From NCBI RefSeq assembly GCF_013167455.1, contig NZ_CP038328.1: a stretch of 64,000 nucleotides of DNA, one strand, 5' to 3'. This document shows, one piece after another, positions 24,730-34,800 of the stretch. A program made the translations under genes and the position numbers. Under the pieces are notes generated by a model. That model saw only the letters and a list, made by a program, of their open reading frames with translations, was not told where the DNA came from and did not search any database. Position 1 is the first letter of the stretch, and the number at the start of each line of letters is the position of its first letter. The DNA is from Escherichia coli O157:H7 (lineage in GTDB: Bacteria > Pseudomonadota > Gammaproteobacteria > Enterobacterales > Enterobacteriaceae).

Positions 24730-25869
24730 TTAGTACAGAGAGTGGGTGTTACGTTCAATATCTTCTTTGGTGATACGACCGAACATTTTCCAGTAACACC
24801 AGGCGGTGTAGAGCAGAATGATCGGTACCAGAACCACCGCAACCCAGGTCATGACGTTAAGTGTCAGCTGGCTGGAAGTTGCATCCCACATTGTCAGACT
24901 TGCGTTCATCATGGTGCTGGACGGCATCACAAACGGGAACATTGCGATACCGGCAGTCAGGATGATGCAGGCCAGCGTCAGGGAGGAGAACACAAACGCC
25001 CACGCGGCTTTATCCATACGTGCAGTCAGGATGGTCAGCAGCGGCAGAACCACACCCAGTGCCGGAATAGCCCACAGAATTGGCGTGTTGTTGAAGTTAA
25101 CCAGCCATGCGCCAGCTTCACGAACCACTTCTTTATTCAGCGGGTTAGAGGCTGCGTAATGGTCCATTGTCGATTTCACGACATAACCATCGATACCGTA
25201 CATCACCCATACGCCAGCCAGTGCGAAACAGACCAGTGTCACCAGTGCCGCCACCTGAGCCGTTGCACGGGTACGCAGGTGCAGTTCGCCCACGGTACGC
25301 ATTTGCAGATAGGTTGCGCCCTGAGTAATGATCATCCCTACGCTCACCACGCCTGCCAGCAGGCCGAACGGGTTAAGCAGCTGGAAGAAGTTACCGGTGT
25401 AGTACAGACGCAGATATTCATCAACGTTGAACGGTACGCCCTGCAACAGGTTACCGAACGCTACACCAATCACCAACGGCGGAACGAAGCTACCAATGAA
25501 GATGCCCCAGTCCCACATGTTACGCCAGCGGGTTTCTTCAATCTTGGAGCGGTAGTCAAAACCGACCGGACGGAAGAACAAAGACGCCAGCACGAGGATC
25601 ATCGCCACATAGAAGCCGGAGAACGCAGCGGCATAGACCATCGGCCAGGCAGCAAACAGTGCGCCGCCTGCGGTGATCAGCCAAACCTGGTTACCGTCCC
25701 AGTGTGGTGCGATGGAGTTAATCATAATTCGACGCTCGGTGTCGTTACGACCGAGGAAACGGGTGAGCATGCCCACCCCCATGTCGAAACCATCAGTGAC
25801 TGCAAAACCAATCAGCAGAACGCCAACCAGCAGCCACCAGATAAAACGCAATACTTCATAATCGATCAT
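24730..25869 (-). CDS. cydB: cytochrome bd-I ubiquinol oxidase subunit II
   Basis: 379 aa membrane ORF downstream of cydA. Confidence 0.9.
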   Translation of the reverse strand: MIDYEVLRFIWWLLVGVLLIGFAVTDGFDMGVGMLTRFLGRNDTERRIMINSIAPHWDGNQVWLITAGGALFAAWPMVYAAAFSGFYVAMILVLASLFFRPVGFDYRSKIEETRWRNMWDWGIFIGSFVPPLVIGVAFGNLLQGVPFNVDEYLRLYYTGNFFQLLNPFGLLAGVVSVGMIITQGATYLQMRTVGELHLRTRATAQVAALVTLVCFALAGVWVMYGIDGYVVKSTMDHYAASNPLNKEVVREAGAWLVNFNNTPILWAIPALGVVLPLLTILTARMDKAAWAFVFSSLTLACIILTAGIAMFPFVMPSSTMMNASLTMWDATSSQLTLNVMTWVAVVLVPIILLYTAWCYWKMFGRITKEDIERNTHSLY

Positions 25870-25884
25870 TTGACGACTCCTGTC

Positions 25885-27453
25885 TTAGCGTGCCGGCTGA
25901 GTAGTCGTGGAAGACTGCTCAAAGTGATAGCGACCGGTTTTCAGGCTGCTTGGGCCGAGGCGTGCAAACTTGAACATTAAGAACAATTCTGCCACCAGGA
26001 ACAGGGTATACAGGCCGCAAATCAGCACCATTGAGAAGATGAGATCGCCTGCGGTCAGTGACGAGTTCGCCACAGCTGTCGGCAGCACTTCACCGATAGC
26101 CCACGGTTGGCGGCCATATTCAGCCACGAACCAGCCCGCTTCTACAGCAATCCACGGCAGCGGAATACCGTACAGCGCGGCGCGCAGGAGCCATTTTTTC
26201 TCGCCAATGCGGTTGCGGATGACACTCCAGAAAGAGAGCGCGATGATTGCCAGCAGCAGGAAGCCACACGCCACCATGATACGGAACGCGAAGTACAGCG
26301 GCGCTACACGCGGAATGGAGTCTTTGGTTGCCTGTTGAATCTGCGCTTCAGTCGCATCAGCCACGTTTGGCGTATAGCGTTTCAGCAGCAGACCGTAACC
26401 GAGGTCCTTCTTCATGCTATTGAACTGGTCACGAACCGCCTGGTCGGTAGAACCAGAACGCAGTTGTTCGAGCAGAGAGTACGCCTTCATCCCGTTACGA
26501 ATGCGTTCTTCATGCTGCACCATCAGTTCTTTCAGGCCGATAACTGGAGTATCCACGGAACGCGTTGCAATTATGCCCAGCGCGTAAGGGATCTGGATCG
26601 CAAATTTGTTCGTCTCCTCTTCCTGATCAGGAATGCCGAACAGAGTAAAGGCAGCAGGCGCAGGTTGCGTTTCCCACTCAGCTTCAATAGCAGCCAGTTT
26701 GGTTTTCTGCACGTCGCCCATTTCGTAGCCGGATTCATCACCCAGAACAATAACAGACAGAACGGCAGCCATACCGAAGCTGGCAGCGATAGCAAAGGAG
26801 CGTTTAGCGAAGGCGAAGTCACGACCTTTCAGCATATACCATGCGCTGATACCGAGGATGAACATCGCGCCAGTCACATAACCAGACGCTACAGTGTGAA
26901 CGAATTTCACCTGAGCAACCGGGTTAAGCACCAGCTCGGAGAAGCTCACCATCTCCATACGCATAGTTTCAAAGTTGAAATCGGACGCGATTGGGTTTTG
27001 CATCCAGCCGTTCGCAACCAGAATCCACAGTGCGGACAGGTTTGAACCGAGCGCCACCAGCCAGGTGACACACATATGCTGAACTTTACCCAGACGATCC
27101 CAACCGAAGAAGAACAGACCTACAAAGGTGGATTCGAGGAAGAAGGCCATCAGACCTTCGATTGCCAGCGGCGCACCGAAGATATCCCCTACATAGTGGG
27201 AATAGTAAGACCAGTTAGTCCCGAACTGGAACTCCATGGTCAGACCGGTAGCCACACCCAGAGCGAAGTTGATACCAAACAACTTGCCCCAGAACTTGGT
27301 CATATCTTTATAAATCTGTTTGCCGGAAAGGACGTAGACCGTTTCCATAATGGCCAGCAGGAACGCCATACCGAGCGTCAGTGGCACAAAAAGGAAGTGG
27401 TACATCGCGGTCAAGGCAAACTGTAAGCGCGACAGTTCGACTATATCTAACAT
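25885..27453 (-). CDS. cydA: cytochrome bd-I ubiquinol oxidase subunit I
   Basis: ORF track 25885..27456; second ATG gives 522 aa [28 protein letters not shown]. Confidence 0.9.
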
Positions 27454-27790
27454 CATGACTCCTTGCTCATCGCATGAAGACTCCGAGAGTGAACCCCGTT
27501 AGAAAGGGTCACACGCATGCCCCAATACAAAATTATTTGCTCGCCTCTATCGTTGCCATTTCATCAAAAGAGGAAAAGACAATGATAAAAAAGTTACAAA
27601 TATGTTAATGAATAAACCAAATTGATCCCGTAATTATATTACGCCGCAAAATCCTTACAATAAACAGGTTTTTATTGAGCAAATTTGCATTTTTCGACAG
27701 TGATCAATTTATAGCGAAATTGTCACGATCTCACCAATTTGATCTACGACAATTTATCGTGTTTTGCAGATTTTTTTCAAGAATTAAAAA

Positions 27791-27804
27791 TTGATTTATA
27801 TCAA
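27791..27804. promoter_or_regulatory. FNR-type site in the cydAB upstream regulatory region
   Basis: TTGATTTATATCAA is a perfect TTGAT-N4-ATCAA match, about 340 bp upstream of the cydA start in a long AT-rich region. Confidence 0.55.
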
Positions 27805-28258
27805 AACCAACCAAATATGTTAATTATGTATAAACCATAGATCATTGGTGATTTTATTGTTAATTTATTGTGAAATATTTATGCAACACAATTATTACAA
27901 TGAAAAGGTATAGATAAAAAACCAGTATTTTATTTAACAGAACCGCCTTATCCACTTTTTATAATACCAATTGATTAGAGTAGCCAATTTGTTGCTATTT
28001 TACATAACATATTTTTATCAAAGTTAATTGATTGTTGCCTTTATGAGCACCGACCGTAAGCCCGTTATGTTATTGTTTCATTAGTAATAATCACTTAAAT
28101 GTATCGATGAAACAGGTATGACTTACCGGGAGTGATTGTTTCTGAGTGAACAGAGGCCACTTTCGCCTGATAAATGAAAAATGAGCGATTTTTGCAAGTT
28201 AGTTTTTCTATAGCCGAGTACGCTCAGCGCCTCGCTTGATTACAATGAGGTTGCTGCT

Positions 28259-29203
28259 ATGAGTCCTGATAATATCGGTTCGGCTGTCAATCGCTTCTCA
28301 GGTTGGCCATCTAATGATTCTCTAAAAACAGATAAAGAATCAATGACATCACCCGTGACTGTGCAGGTAATAAAGATGATTGCCGCCATCCTTGACCCAC
28401 ATCGGATAGTCGTTGGAATTGATACACTTTATACAACGCAGCGCGAAACATTTACCTCAGAGAGTCAACAGCTCATTGAATCAGCATTGCAAACACTTCA
28501 TGTGATGAATTTAAATAATCTGGAAACAAATCGCGATGAAGAAAGTCACTATCTGGCTTTTGAATATAACGTTGACACCTCTGACAGAATAACCGTTTCT
28601 GCTTATAATGAAAAAAAACCTGGCTGCTATGGCCAATGTCTTGTAATACAGGATGACGAAACAGACTTATTTAACCTGATAAAAATTAAAATTTTCGAAG
28701 CCAGGCATAATTATGTCGCTCAATTGATGAGCGATCCGGAATTTATGTTCAAATTCAGTTATAGCGCTCAACAAAATAGATTAGAACCTCATCTTCTGGT
28801 TCCCGCTTATTTCCCTCTAAAAACAAACGAACCGGTTACGCAAGAGGATGTACTGTTACTTTATCGTTTCTTTAAAATGAATGATGATTTTAATAAATTA
28901 ACATCAGATGAATACATGAGTATCCTGACACCTCTGATGAAGTGTGAGCGTAGCGTCCACGACAACAACAGGTATGTGACGGGCAAAGATACCCTTCTTC
29001 TGGACTATCCTCCTTCTGGTAACCAGATACATTTCCATGTTTTCCCTGACGAATCAGCAACACTAGTCCTTTATTTTTCAAACAATGACATTGAATGTTT
29101 CGTCTTTGAAAGAGATATTCCGAGCCAGTATCGCTTTTTCAAAATGTTTACCAATCTGGCACTGGTTATAGATCAGTTAACCGAAGCCAATAAAATACTT
29201 TAA
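28259..29203 (+). CDS. hypothetical protein, 314 aa, no recognisable family (AT-rich gene)
   Basis: 945-nt ORF in markedly AT-rich DNA where chance ORFs of this length are unlikely; no motif recognised by eye; start could alternatively be the internal ATG near 28345. Confidence 0.6.
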   Translation: MSPDNIGSAVNRFSGWPSNDSLKTDKESMTSPVTVQVIKMIAAILDPHRIVVGIDTLYTTQRETFTSESQQLIESALQTLHVMNLNNLETNRDEESHYLAFEYNVDTSDRITVSAYNEKKPGCYGQCLVIQDDETDLFNLIKIKIFEARHNYVAQLMSDPEFMFKFSYSAQQNRLEPHLLVPAYFPLKTNEPVTQEDVLLLYRFFKMNDDFNKLTSDEYMSILTPLMKCERSVHDNNRYVTGKDTLLLDYPPSGNQIHFHVFPDESATLVLYFSNNDIECFVFERDIPSQYRFFKMFTNLALVIDQLTEANKIL

Positions 29204-29284
29204 TTTTCTATATATCCCCTATGGCAAATATTGCTAAACAATGCCTGGGGATTAATTTTTATTACTCACGGAAAGATTTAAATA

Positions 29285-29707
29285 ATGATACCATCTCAGA
29301 TCTCTTTCAATACCCTTCCAGTCAATGCAACATACGCTTCAGAGACAACAGTTGACACACAAAAATTCTCTGACATCCTCTACTCAGCGGGGTGTTCCCT
29401 AAAGGATATGGCTTATCTGAGCAGATGTCTGGCATCAATACACCCGACTCTCGCCAAAAACATTTATGAAACAGAAAATCTCAGCGATCAAAAATTACTA
29501 CATATTGATTGCCGTAGTACAAATGAAATCAAGATAAATATCTTTTTTGGTCAACAACGAGAAGGATTAATTGAAATTAATTCTGACACAGTCATTTTTT
29601 CGATATTGTCTTCATTAATTGACTCCGCCATTTCTAAATTTCAACACCAAATCCCCGTTAACGGTTCAGTTAATCGTGAACTATTGTATGAGGATTATAC
29701 TGATTAA
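29285..29707 (+). CDS. hypothetical protein, 140 aa, no recognisable family (AT-rich gene)
   Basis: 423-nt ORF 81 bp downstream of the 314-aa ORF, same strand and similar composition; no signal peptide or motif recognised. Confidence 0.55.
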   Translation: MIPSQISFNTLPVNATYASETTVDTQKFSDILYSAGCSLKDMAYLSRCLASIHPTLAKNIYETENLSDQKLLHIDCRSTNEIKINIFFGQQREGLIEINSDTVIFSILSSLIDSAISKFQHQIPVNGSVNRELLYEDYTD

Positions 29708-30254
29708 ATCCACCCTGTCGCGAAAAATGGCCTGCGTTATTGCCAGACGTAATAAAACCTTTGATTAACGTTACTCATACTGATAGCACCTTCATGTACC
29801 TCTCTTTTTTACGAAAAATTAAAAGAGCTAACTAAGGTCATAATTCGCATGAATCATTAACCATTTGTTATTTTCAACATTATTTTTACATTAAGCAGAG
29901 ATGAATTGCAGTGAAATTCGACTTAAATCTTATGAAATGCATTTACTCATGGCTAAAACCACGTCACAAAAATGCAAATTAGAAGTAGATCACAATTATC
30001 TCAATACATTAAATCAAGTTAATTTTAAAAATTTAACACTCATGACATTAGTTGACATAACACACTGAATTAACATGGAAATTTAAAAACACACTTCAAA
30101 CAATCATTTCCCGAAAGACATTTTGAAAATAGATCAATTGCAACATTACGGTCAGATAAAGACACTCCTGTGATATTAAACCTGTGCCGTTATGAACGGC
30201 CATAAATACGACGTGTGTAACTTATTTTACTCTCTGTCTTACAAAGGATTACCC

Positions 30255-30704
30255 ATGAAGAAAGCAACACTTGTGATTGGCGTTATTGGCGCGGACTGCC
30301 ATGCAGTAGGCAATAAAGTTCTGGACCGCGTTTTTAGCAACCACGACTTCAGAGTCATTAATCTGGGCGTAATGGTCAGCCAGGACGAATATATTGATGC
30401 TGCCATTGAAACTGGCGCTGACGCGATTGTCGTCTCCTCTATCTATGGGCATGGCGATATCGACTGTCTGGGCATGCGCGAACGCTGCATCGAGCGTGGA
30501 CTGGGGGACATCCTGCTCTATGTGGGCGGTAACCTGGTGGTCGGAAAACATGACTTCGCTGACGTGGAAACCAAATTCAAAGAGATGGGATTTGATCGCG
30601 TCTTTGCCCCAAGTCATGACTTAGAAGATGTTTGCCAGCTGATGGCCCACGATATCAACCAACGTCATGACGTTGATACTCGTATTCTTGAAGAGGCTAT
30701 CTGA
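30255..30704 (+). CDS. mamA: glutamate mutase (methylaspartate mutase) S subunit, B12-binding
   Basis: ORF track 30192..30704; ATG at 30255 gives 149 aa [22 protein letters not shown] with the cobalamin-binding DxHxxG motif (DCHAVG); closely resembles clostridial GlmS/MutS. Confidence 0.88.
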   Translation: MKKATLVIGVIGADCHAVGNKVLDRVFSNHDFRVINLGVMVSQDEYIDAAIETGADAIVVSSIYGHGDIDCLGMRERCIERGLGDILLYVGGNLVVGKHDFADVETKFKEMGFDRVFAPSHDLEDVCQLMAHDINQRHDVDTRILEEAI

Positions 30705-32092
30705 TGCAAATCGTCTCTGTCGATATTGGATCGACGTGGACCAAAGCAGCCCTCTTTACCCGGGAGGGGGACGCGTTAACGTTGGTTAACCACGTACTGA
30801 CCCCAACCACCACCCATCATCTGGCGAAGGGGTTTTTCTCCAGCCTGAACCAGGTGTTAAACGTAGATAATGCCCTCCCCCTGTTAAACAGCGGTGAGGT
30901 TGCATTGAAGTATTCCTCCTCTGCCAAAGGTGGGCTGGCGGTTGCCGCAATGGGATTGGTGCCTTCTATCACCCTGGAAACCGCGAAAGTAACCGCTCAC
31001 TCTGCGGGTGCTAAAATTGCGCAATATTACGCCTACAAGCTGAACCGCCGTGATATCCAGGCACTGGAAGAAACGCAGCCCGATATTCTCTTGTTCACCG
31101 GCGGCACCGACGGCGGAGAAGAAAGCTACGGACTGAATAACGCCCGTGTGCTGGCAGAATCCAAACTCGACTGCGCCATTATTTATGCCGGAAACCGGGA
31201 TATTCAGGACGAGGTGCAGGAGATCCTCGGGCATAAAGACCTGACCATTGTCGACAACGTTCTGCCCGATCTTGACCATCCGAACCCTGTAGCTGCACGC
31301 CAGGCTATTTGCGACATATTCCTTAAACGCATCGTTAAAGGGAAAGGGCTGGATGTCATTGTTGATAAAACAGGCGAAGAACCAATGCCGACACCATGGA
31401 CGGTCTTTGAACTGGTCAAGGCAATCAGTAACGTCGATCACAGCTGGAAAGAGTTCATGCTGATCGACATGGGCGGCGCAACCACCGATGTTTATTCCGC
31501 CTGTGCCAACACGCTCTCGCCCGACACCGTTTTACACGGCGTACCGGAACCCTTCGTAAAACGGACGGTGGAAGGCGATCTGGGAATGCGCGTCTCGGCA
31601 GTGGTGGTTGGTGAAAGTGCGAAAGAGTTAGTCAATGTGAATTTTGCTCAGCAACCCGCACAGCTGGACGCTTTTTATCATTACCTCCGTCATCTAGTCG
31701 CTCATCCCGACTACTTACCCGCAAATGCAGAAGAGAAATATTTCGATACCGTCCTGGCCGGACTGTGTGTGGGTTATGCCACCGAAAGACATGCGGGCAC
31801 CAAAAAAGAGGTCTGCACCTGCGTCGGCAATGTCGATTTACAGATGGGACGTGACCTGACAACCGTGCGTAAAGTCGTCGGATCCGGCGGATGGCTCTCG
31901 CGTGCCAGTCAGTTCGATATGCATCACTGGTTGAAATACCGCGAGTTAAACGACGACGGTAAACGCATTCTCTTACCGACCGAATTTGAATATTACCGCG
32001 ATTCCCGGGGGCTATTACCACTGCTGGCAAACGTCGCCAGAGTCGATCCGCTGGCCGCCGCGCGCACCAGTATTCAATGCTTAACCCTATAA
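30704..32092 (+). CDS. glmL: glutamate mutase-associated protein GlmL/MutL (actin-like ATPase fold; proposed chaperone/reactivase)
   Basis: 462 aa ORF whose start overlaps the S-subunit stop by 1 nt; lies between S and E subunits as in clostridial operons. Confidence 0.7.
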   Translation: MQIVSVDIGSTWTKAALFTREGDALTLVNHVLTPTTTHHLAKGFFSSLNQVLNVDNALPLLNSGEVALKYSSSAKGGLAVAAMGLVPSITLETAKVTAHSAGAKIAQYYAYKLNRRDIQALEETQPDILLFTGGTDGGEESYGLNNARVLAESKLDCAIIYAGNRDIQDEVQEILGHKDLTIVDNVLPDLDHPNPVAARQAICDIFLKRIVKGKGLDVIVDKTGEEPMPTPWTVFELVKAISNVDHSWKEFMLIDMGGATTDVYSACANTLSPDTVLHGVPEPFVKRTVEGDLGMRVSAVVVGESAKELVNVNFAQQPAQLDAFYHYLRHLVAHPDYLPANAEEKYFDTVLAGLCVGYATERHAGTKKEVCTCVGNVDLQMGRDLTTVRKVVGSGGWLSRASQFDMHHWLKYRELNDDGKRILLPTEFEYYRDSRGLLPLLANVARVDPLAAARTSIQCLTL

Positions 32093-32110
32093 CAATTAAG
32101 GCTGCAATCA

Positions 32111-33556
32111 ATGGAACTTCGAAATAAGAAATTAACCCATGACGAATTCATGACCGAGCGGCAACAGGTACTGAAAACCTGGGAAACCGGCAAGGATGTT
32201 GAAAACTTTGAAGATGGCGTTAAATACCAACAAACCATCCCTGAGCATAAACGTTTCTCTCTTGCGCTGCTGAAAGCAGACAAGGAAGGTAAAACCCTTA
32301 GCCAACCGCGCGCAGGTGTGGCGCTGATGGACGAACACATCGAACTGCTGAAAACACTACAAGAAGAGTGCGATCTGCTGCCAAGCACCATCGATGCATA
32401 TACCCGTCTGAATCGGTACGAAGAAGCGGCTGTAGGGATTAAAAAATCCATCGAAGCCGGAACCTCTAAACTGAACGGTTTACCGGTAGTTAACCATGGT
32501 GTCGCAGCTTGCCGTCGCCTCACCGAAACCCTGCAAAAACCGCTACAGATCCGCCACGGCACGCCAGATGCGCGTCTGCTGGCTGAAATCTCAATGGCCA
32601 GCGGCTTTACCAGTTATGAAGGCGGTGGCATTTCCTACAACATTCCGTATGCCAAACGCGTAACGCTGGAAAAATCGATCCGCGACTGGCAGTACTGCGA
32701 CCGTTTAATGGGGATGTATGAAGAACACGGGATCCGCATCAACCGCGAACCGTTTGGCCCACTAACGGGTACGCTGATCCCGCCGTTTATCTCGCACTCT
32801 ATCGCGATAATCGAAGGCTTGCTGGCGCTGGAACAGGGTGTGAAATCTATCACCGTTGGTTATGGCCAGGTCGGCAGCCTGACGCAGGATGTTGCGGCGA
32901 TCCAGTCTCTGCGTGAACTTGCACACGAATATTTTCAGAGCTATGGCTATACCGACTATGAATTGAGTACCGTGTTTCACCAGTGGATGGGCGGCTTTCC
33001 GGAAGACGAATCGAAAGCGTTCGCTATTATCTCCTGGGGCGCAGCCGTCGCGGGGATGTCTGGTGCCACCAAAGTCATCACCAAAAGTCCGCACGAAGCC
33101 TGGGGTATCCCGACTGCCGCTGCCAACATTCAGGGGCTGAAAGCCTCCCGCCAAATGCTCAACATGGTCAATGAGCAGAAATTCCCGCCGTGCCCTGCGG
33201 TTGAACTGGAAATTGAACTGATTAAGAGCGAGGTTCGCGCGGTACTGAATAAAGTGTTCGAACTGGGTAATGGTGATATTGCGCGCGGAACGGTGCTGGC
33301 ATTTGAAGCGGGCGTACTGGATGTGCCGTTTGCGCCAGCCGCCTGCAACGCGGGCAAAATTCTTCCGGTCCGTGACAACACCGGCGCGATACGCGTACTG
33401 GAAGCCGGAGCCGTTCCATTGCCAAAAGATATTCTCGACCTCCACCACGATTACGTTGCGGAACGCGCACGCTGTGAAGGACGCCAACCGACATTCCAGA
33501 TGGTTGTAGATGACATCAATGCTGTATCCCACAGTAAATTAATAGGAAGACCATAA
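32111..33556 (+). CDS. glmE: glutamate mutase (methylaspartate mutase) E subunit, catalytic
   Basis: 481 aa ORF MELRNKKLTHDEF...QPRAGVALMDEHIELLK...LPSTIDAYTRLNRYEE, closely resembling clostridial GlmE. Confidence 0.9.
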   Translation: MELRNKKLTHDEFMTERQQVLKTWETGKDVENFEDGVKYQQTIPEHKRFSLALLKADKEGKTLSQPRAGVALMDEHIELLKTLQEECDLLPSTIDAYTRLNRYEEAAVGIKKSIEAGTSKLNGLPVVNHGVAACRRLTETLQKPLQIRHGTPDARLLAEISMASGFTSYEGGGISYNIPYAKRVTLEKSIRDWQYCDRLMGMYEEHGIRINREPFGPLTGTLIPPFISHSIAIIEGLLALEQGVKSITVGYGQVGSLTQDVAAIQSLRELAHEYFQSYGYTDYELSTVFHQWMGGFPEDESKAFAIISWGAAVAGMSGATKVITKSPHEAWGIPTAAANIQGLKASRQMLNMVNEQKFPPCPAVELEIELIKSEVRAVLNKVFELGNGDIARGTVLAFEAGVLDVPFAPAACNAGKILPVRDNTGAIRVLEAGAVPLPKDILDLHHDYVAERARCEGRQPTFQMVVDDINAVSHSKLIGRP

Positions 33557-34797
33557 TGAAAATAAAACAGGCTCTGTTCACCGCTGGCTACTCCTCATTC
33601 TATTTCGATGACCAGCAGGCGATAAAAAACGGAGCGGGTCATGACGGCTTTTTTTATACCGGGGAGCCAGTAACACAGGGGTTTAACGCCGTACGTCAGG
33701 CCGGGGAGTGCGTATCGGTACAGTTGATTCTGGAAAACGGCGCGGTCGCCGTAGGTGACTGTACTGCCGTACAGTATTCCGGGGCAGGCGGTCGCGATCC
33801 ACTGTTCCTCGCAGAGCACTTTATTCCGTTCCTCAACGACCATATCAAGCCATTACTGGTAGGCCGCGATGTGGATGCTTTCCTGCCGAATGCCCGTTTC
33901 TTCGACAAATTGCGTATTGACGGCAACTTGCTGCATACCGCCGTGCGCTACGGATTATCACAGGCGCTGCTTGATGCTACCGCGCTGGCAACCGGCCGTC
34001 TGAAAACTGAAGTGGTCTGTGATGAATGGCAGTTGCCACGCGTGGCGGAATCCATTCCATTATTTGGTCAGAGCGGCGACGATCGATATATCGCCGTCGA
34101 TAAGATGATCCTTAAAGGCATCGACGTGCTGCCCCATGCGCTGATTAATAACGTCGAAGAGAAGCTGGGCTTTAAAGGTGAAAAACTGCGCGAATATGTC
34201 CGCTGGTTGTCGGATCGCATTCTAAGCAAGCGCACCAGCGCACGCTACCACCCTACCCTGCACATCGATGTATACGGCACTATCGGTCTGATCTTCGATA
34301 TGGATCCGCTTCGCTGTGCGCAATACATCGCCAGCCTGGAAAAAGAAGCGCAAGGCCTGCCGCTCTACATCGAAGGGCCGGTCGATGCCGGTAACAAGCC
34401 CGATCAAATTCGCCTGCTGACCGCGATTACCAAAGAGCTGACGCGCCTCGGTTCCGGCGTGAAAATTGTGGCCGATGAATGGTGTAACACCTACCAGGAT
34501 ATTGTTGATTTCACTGATGCTGCCAGTTGTCACATGGTGCAAATCAAAACCCCGGATCTGGGCAGTATTCACAACATCGTCGATGCGGTTCTTTACTGCA
34601 ACAGCCACAGCATGGAAGCGTACCAGGGCGGCACCTGCAATGAAACTGATGTCAGTGCCCGCACCTGTGTCCACGTCGCCCTTGCCGCTCGCCCCATGCG
34701 TATGCTGGTAAAACCAGGGATGGGCTTTGACGAAGGCCTCGATATCGTCTTCAACGAAATGAATCGTACTATCGCGCTGTTGCAGGCTAAGGATTAA
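33556..34797 (+). CDS. 3-methylaspartate ammonia-lyase (beta-methylaspartase)
   Basis: 413 aa ORF MKIKQALFTAGYSSFYFDDQQAIKNGAGHDGFFYTGE...VQYSGAGGRDPLFLAE, enolase-superfamily MAL; start overlaps the glmE stop by 1 nt. Confidence 0.9.
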   Translation: MKIKQALFTAGYSSFYFDDQQAIKNGAGHDGFFYTGEPVTQGFNAVRQAGECVSVQLILENGAVAVGDCTAVQYSGAGGRDPLFLAEHFIPFLNDHIKPLLVGRDVDAFLPNARFFDKLRIDGNLLHTAVRYGLSQALLDATALATGRLKTEVVCDEWQLPRVAESIPLFGQSGDDRYIAVDKMILKGIDVLPHALINNVEEKLGFKGEKLREYVRWLSDRILSKRTSARYHPTLHIDVYGTIGLIFDMDPLRCAQYIASLEKEAQGLPLYIEGPVDAGNKPDQIRLLTAITKELTRLGSGVKIVADEWCNTYQDIVDFTDAASCHMVQIKTPDLGSIHNIVDAVLYCNSHSMEAYQGGTCNETDVSARTCVHVALAARPMRMLVKPGMGFDEGLDIVFNEMNRTIALLQAKD

Positions 34798-34800
34798 CAA

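Noticed and set aside
24700-25980. 426-aa plus-strand ORF
   Set aside because: Antisense to cydB and cydX; composition typical of a spurious antisense frame.
26107-27045. 312-aa plus-strand ORF
   Set aside because: Antisense to cydA.
30192-30254. Upstream in-frame extension of the mutase S subunit (MNGHKYDV...)
   Set aside because: B12-binding S subunits begin at the [10 protein letters not shown]-type N-terminus; the extension lies in AT-rich upstream sequence.
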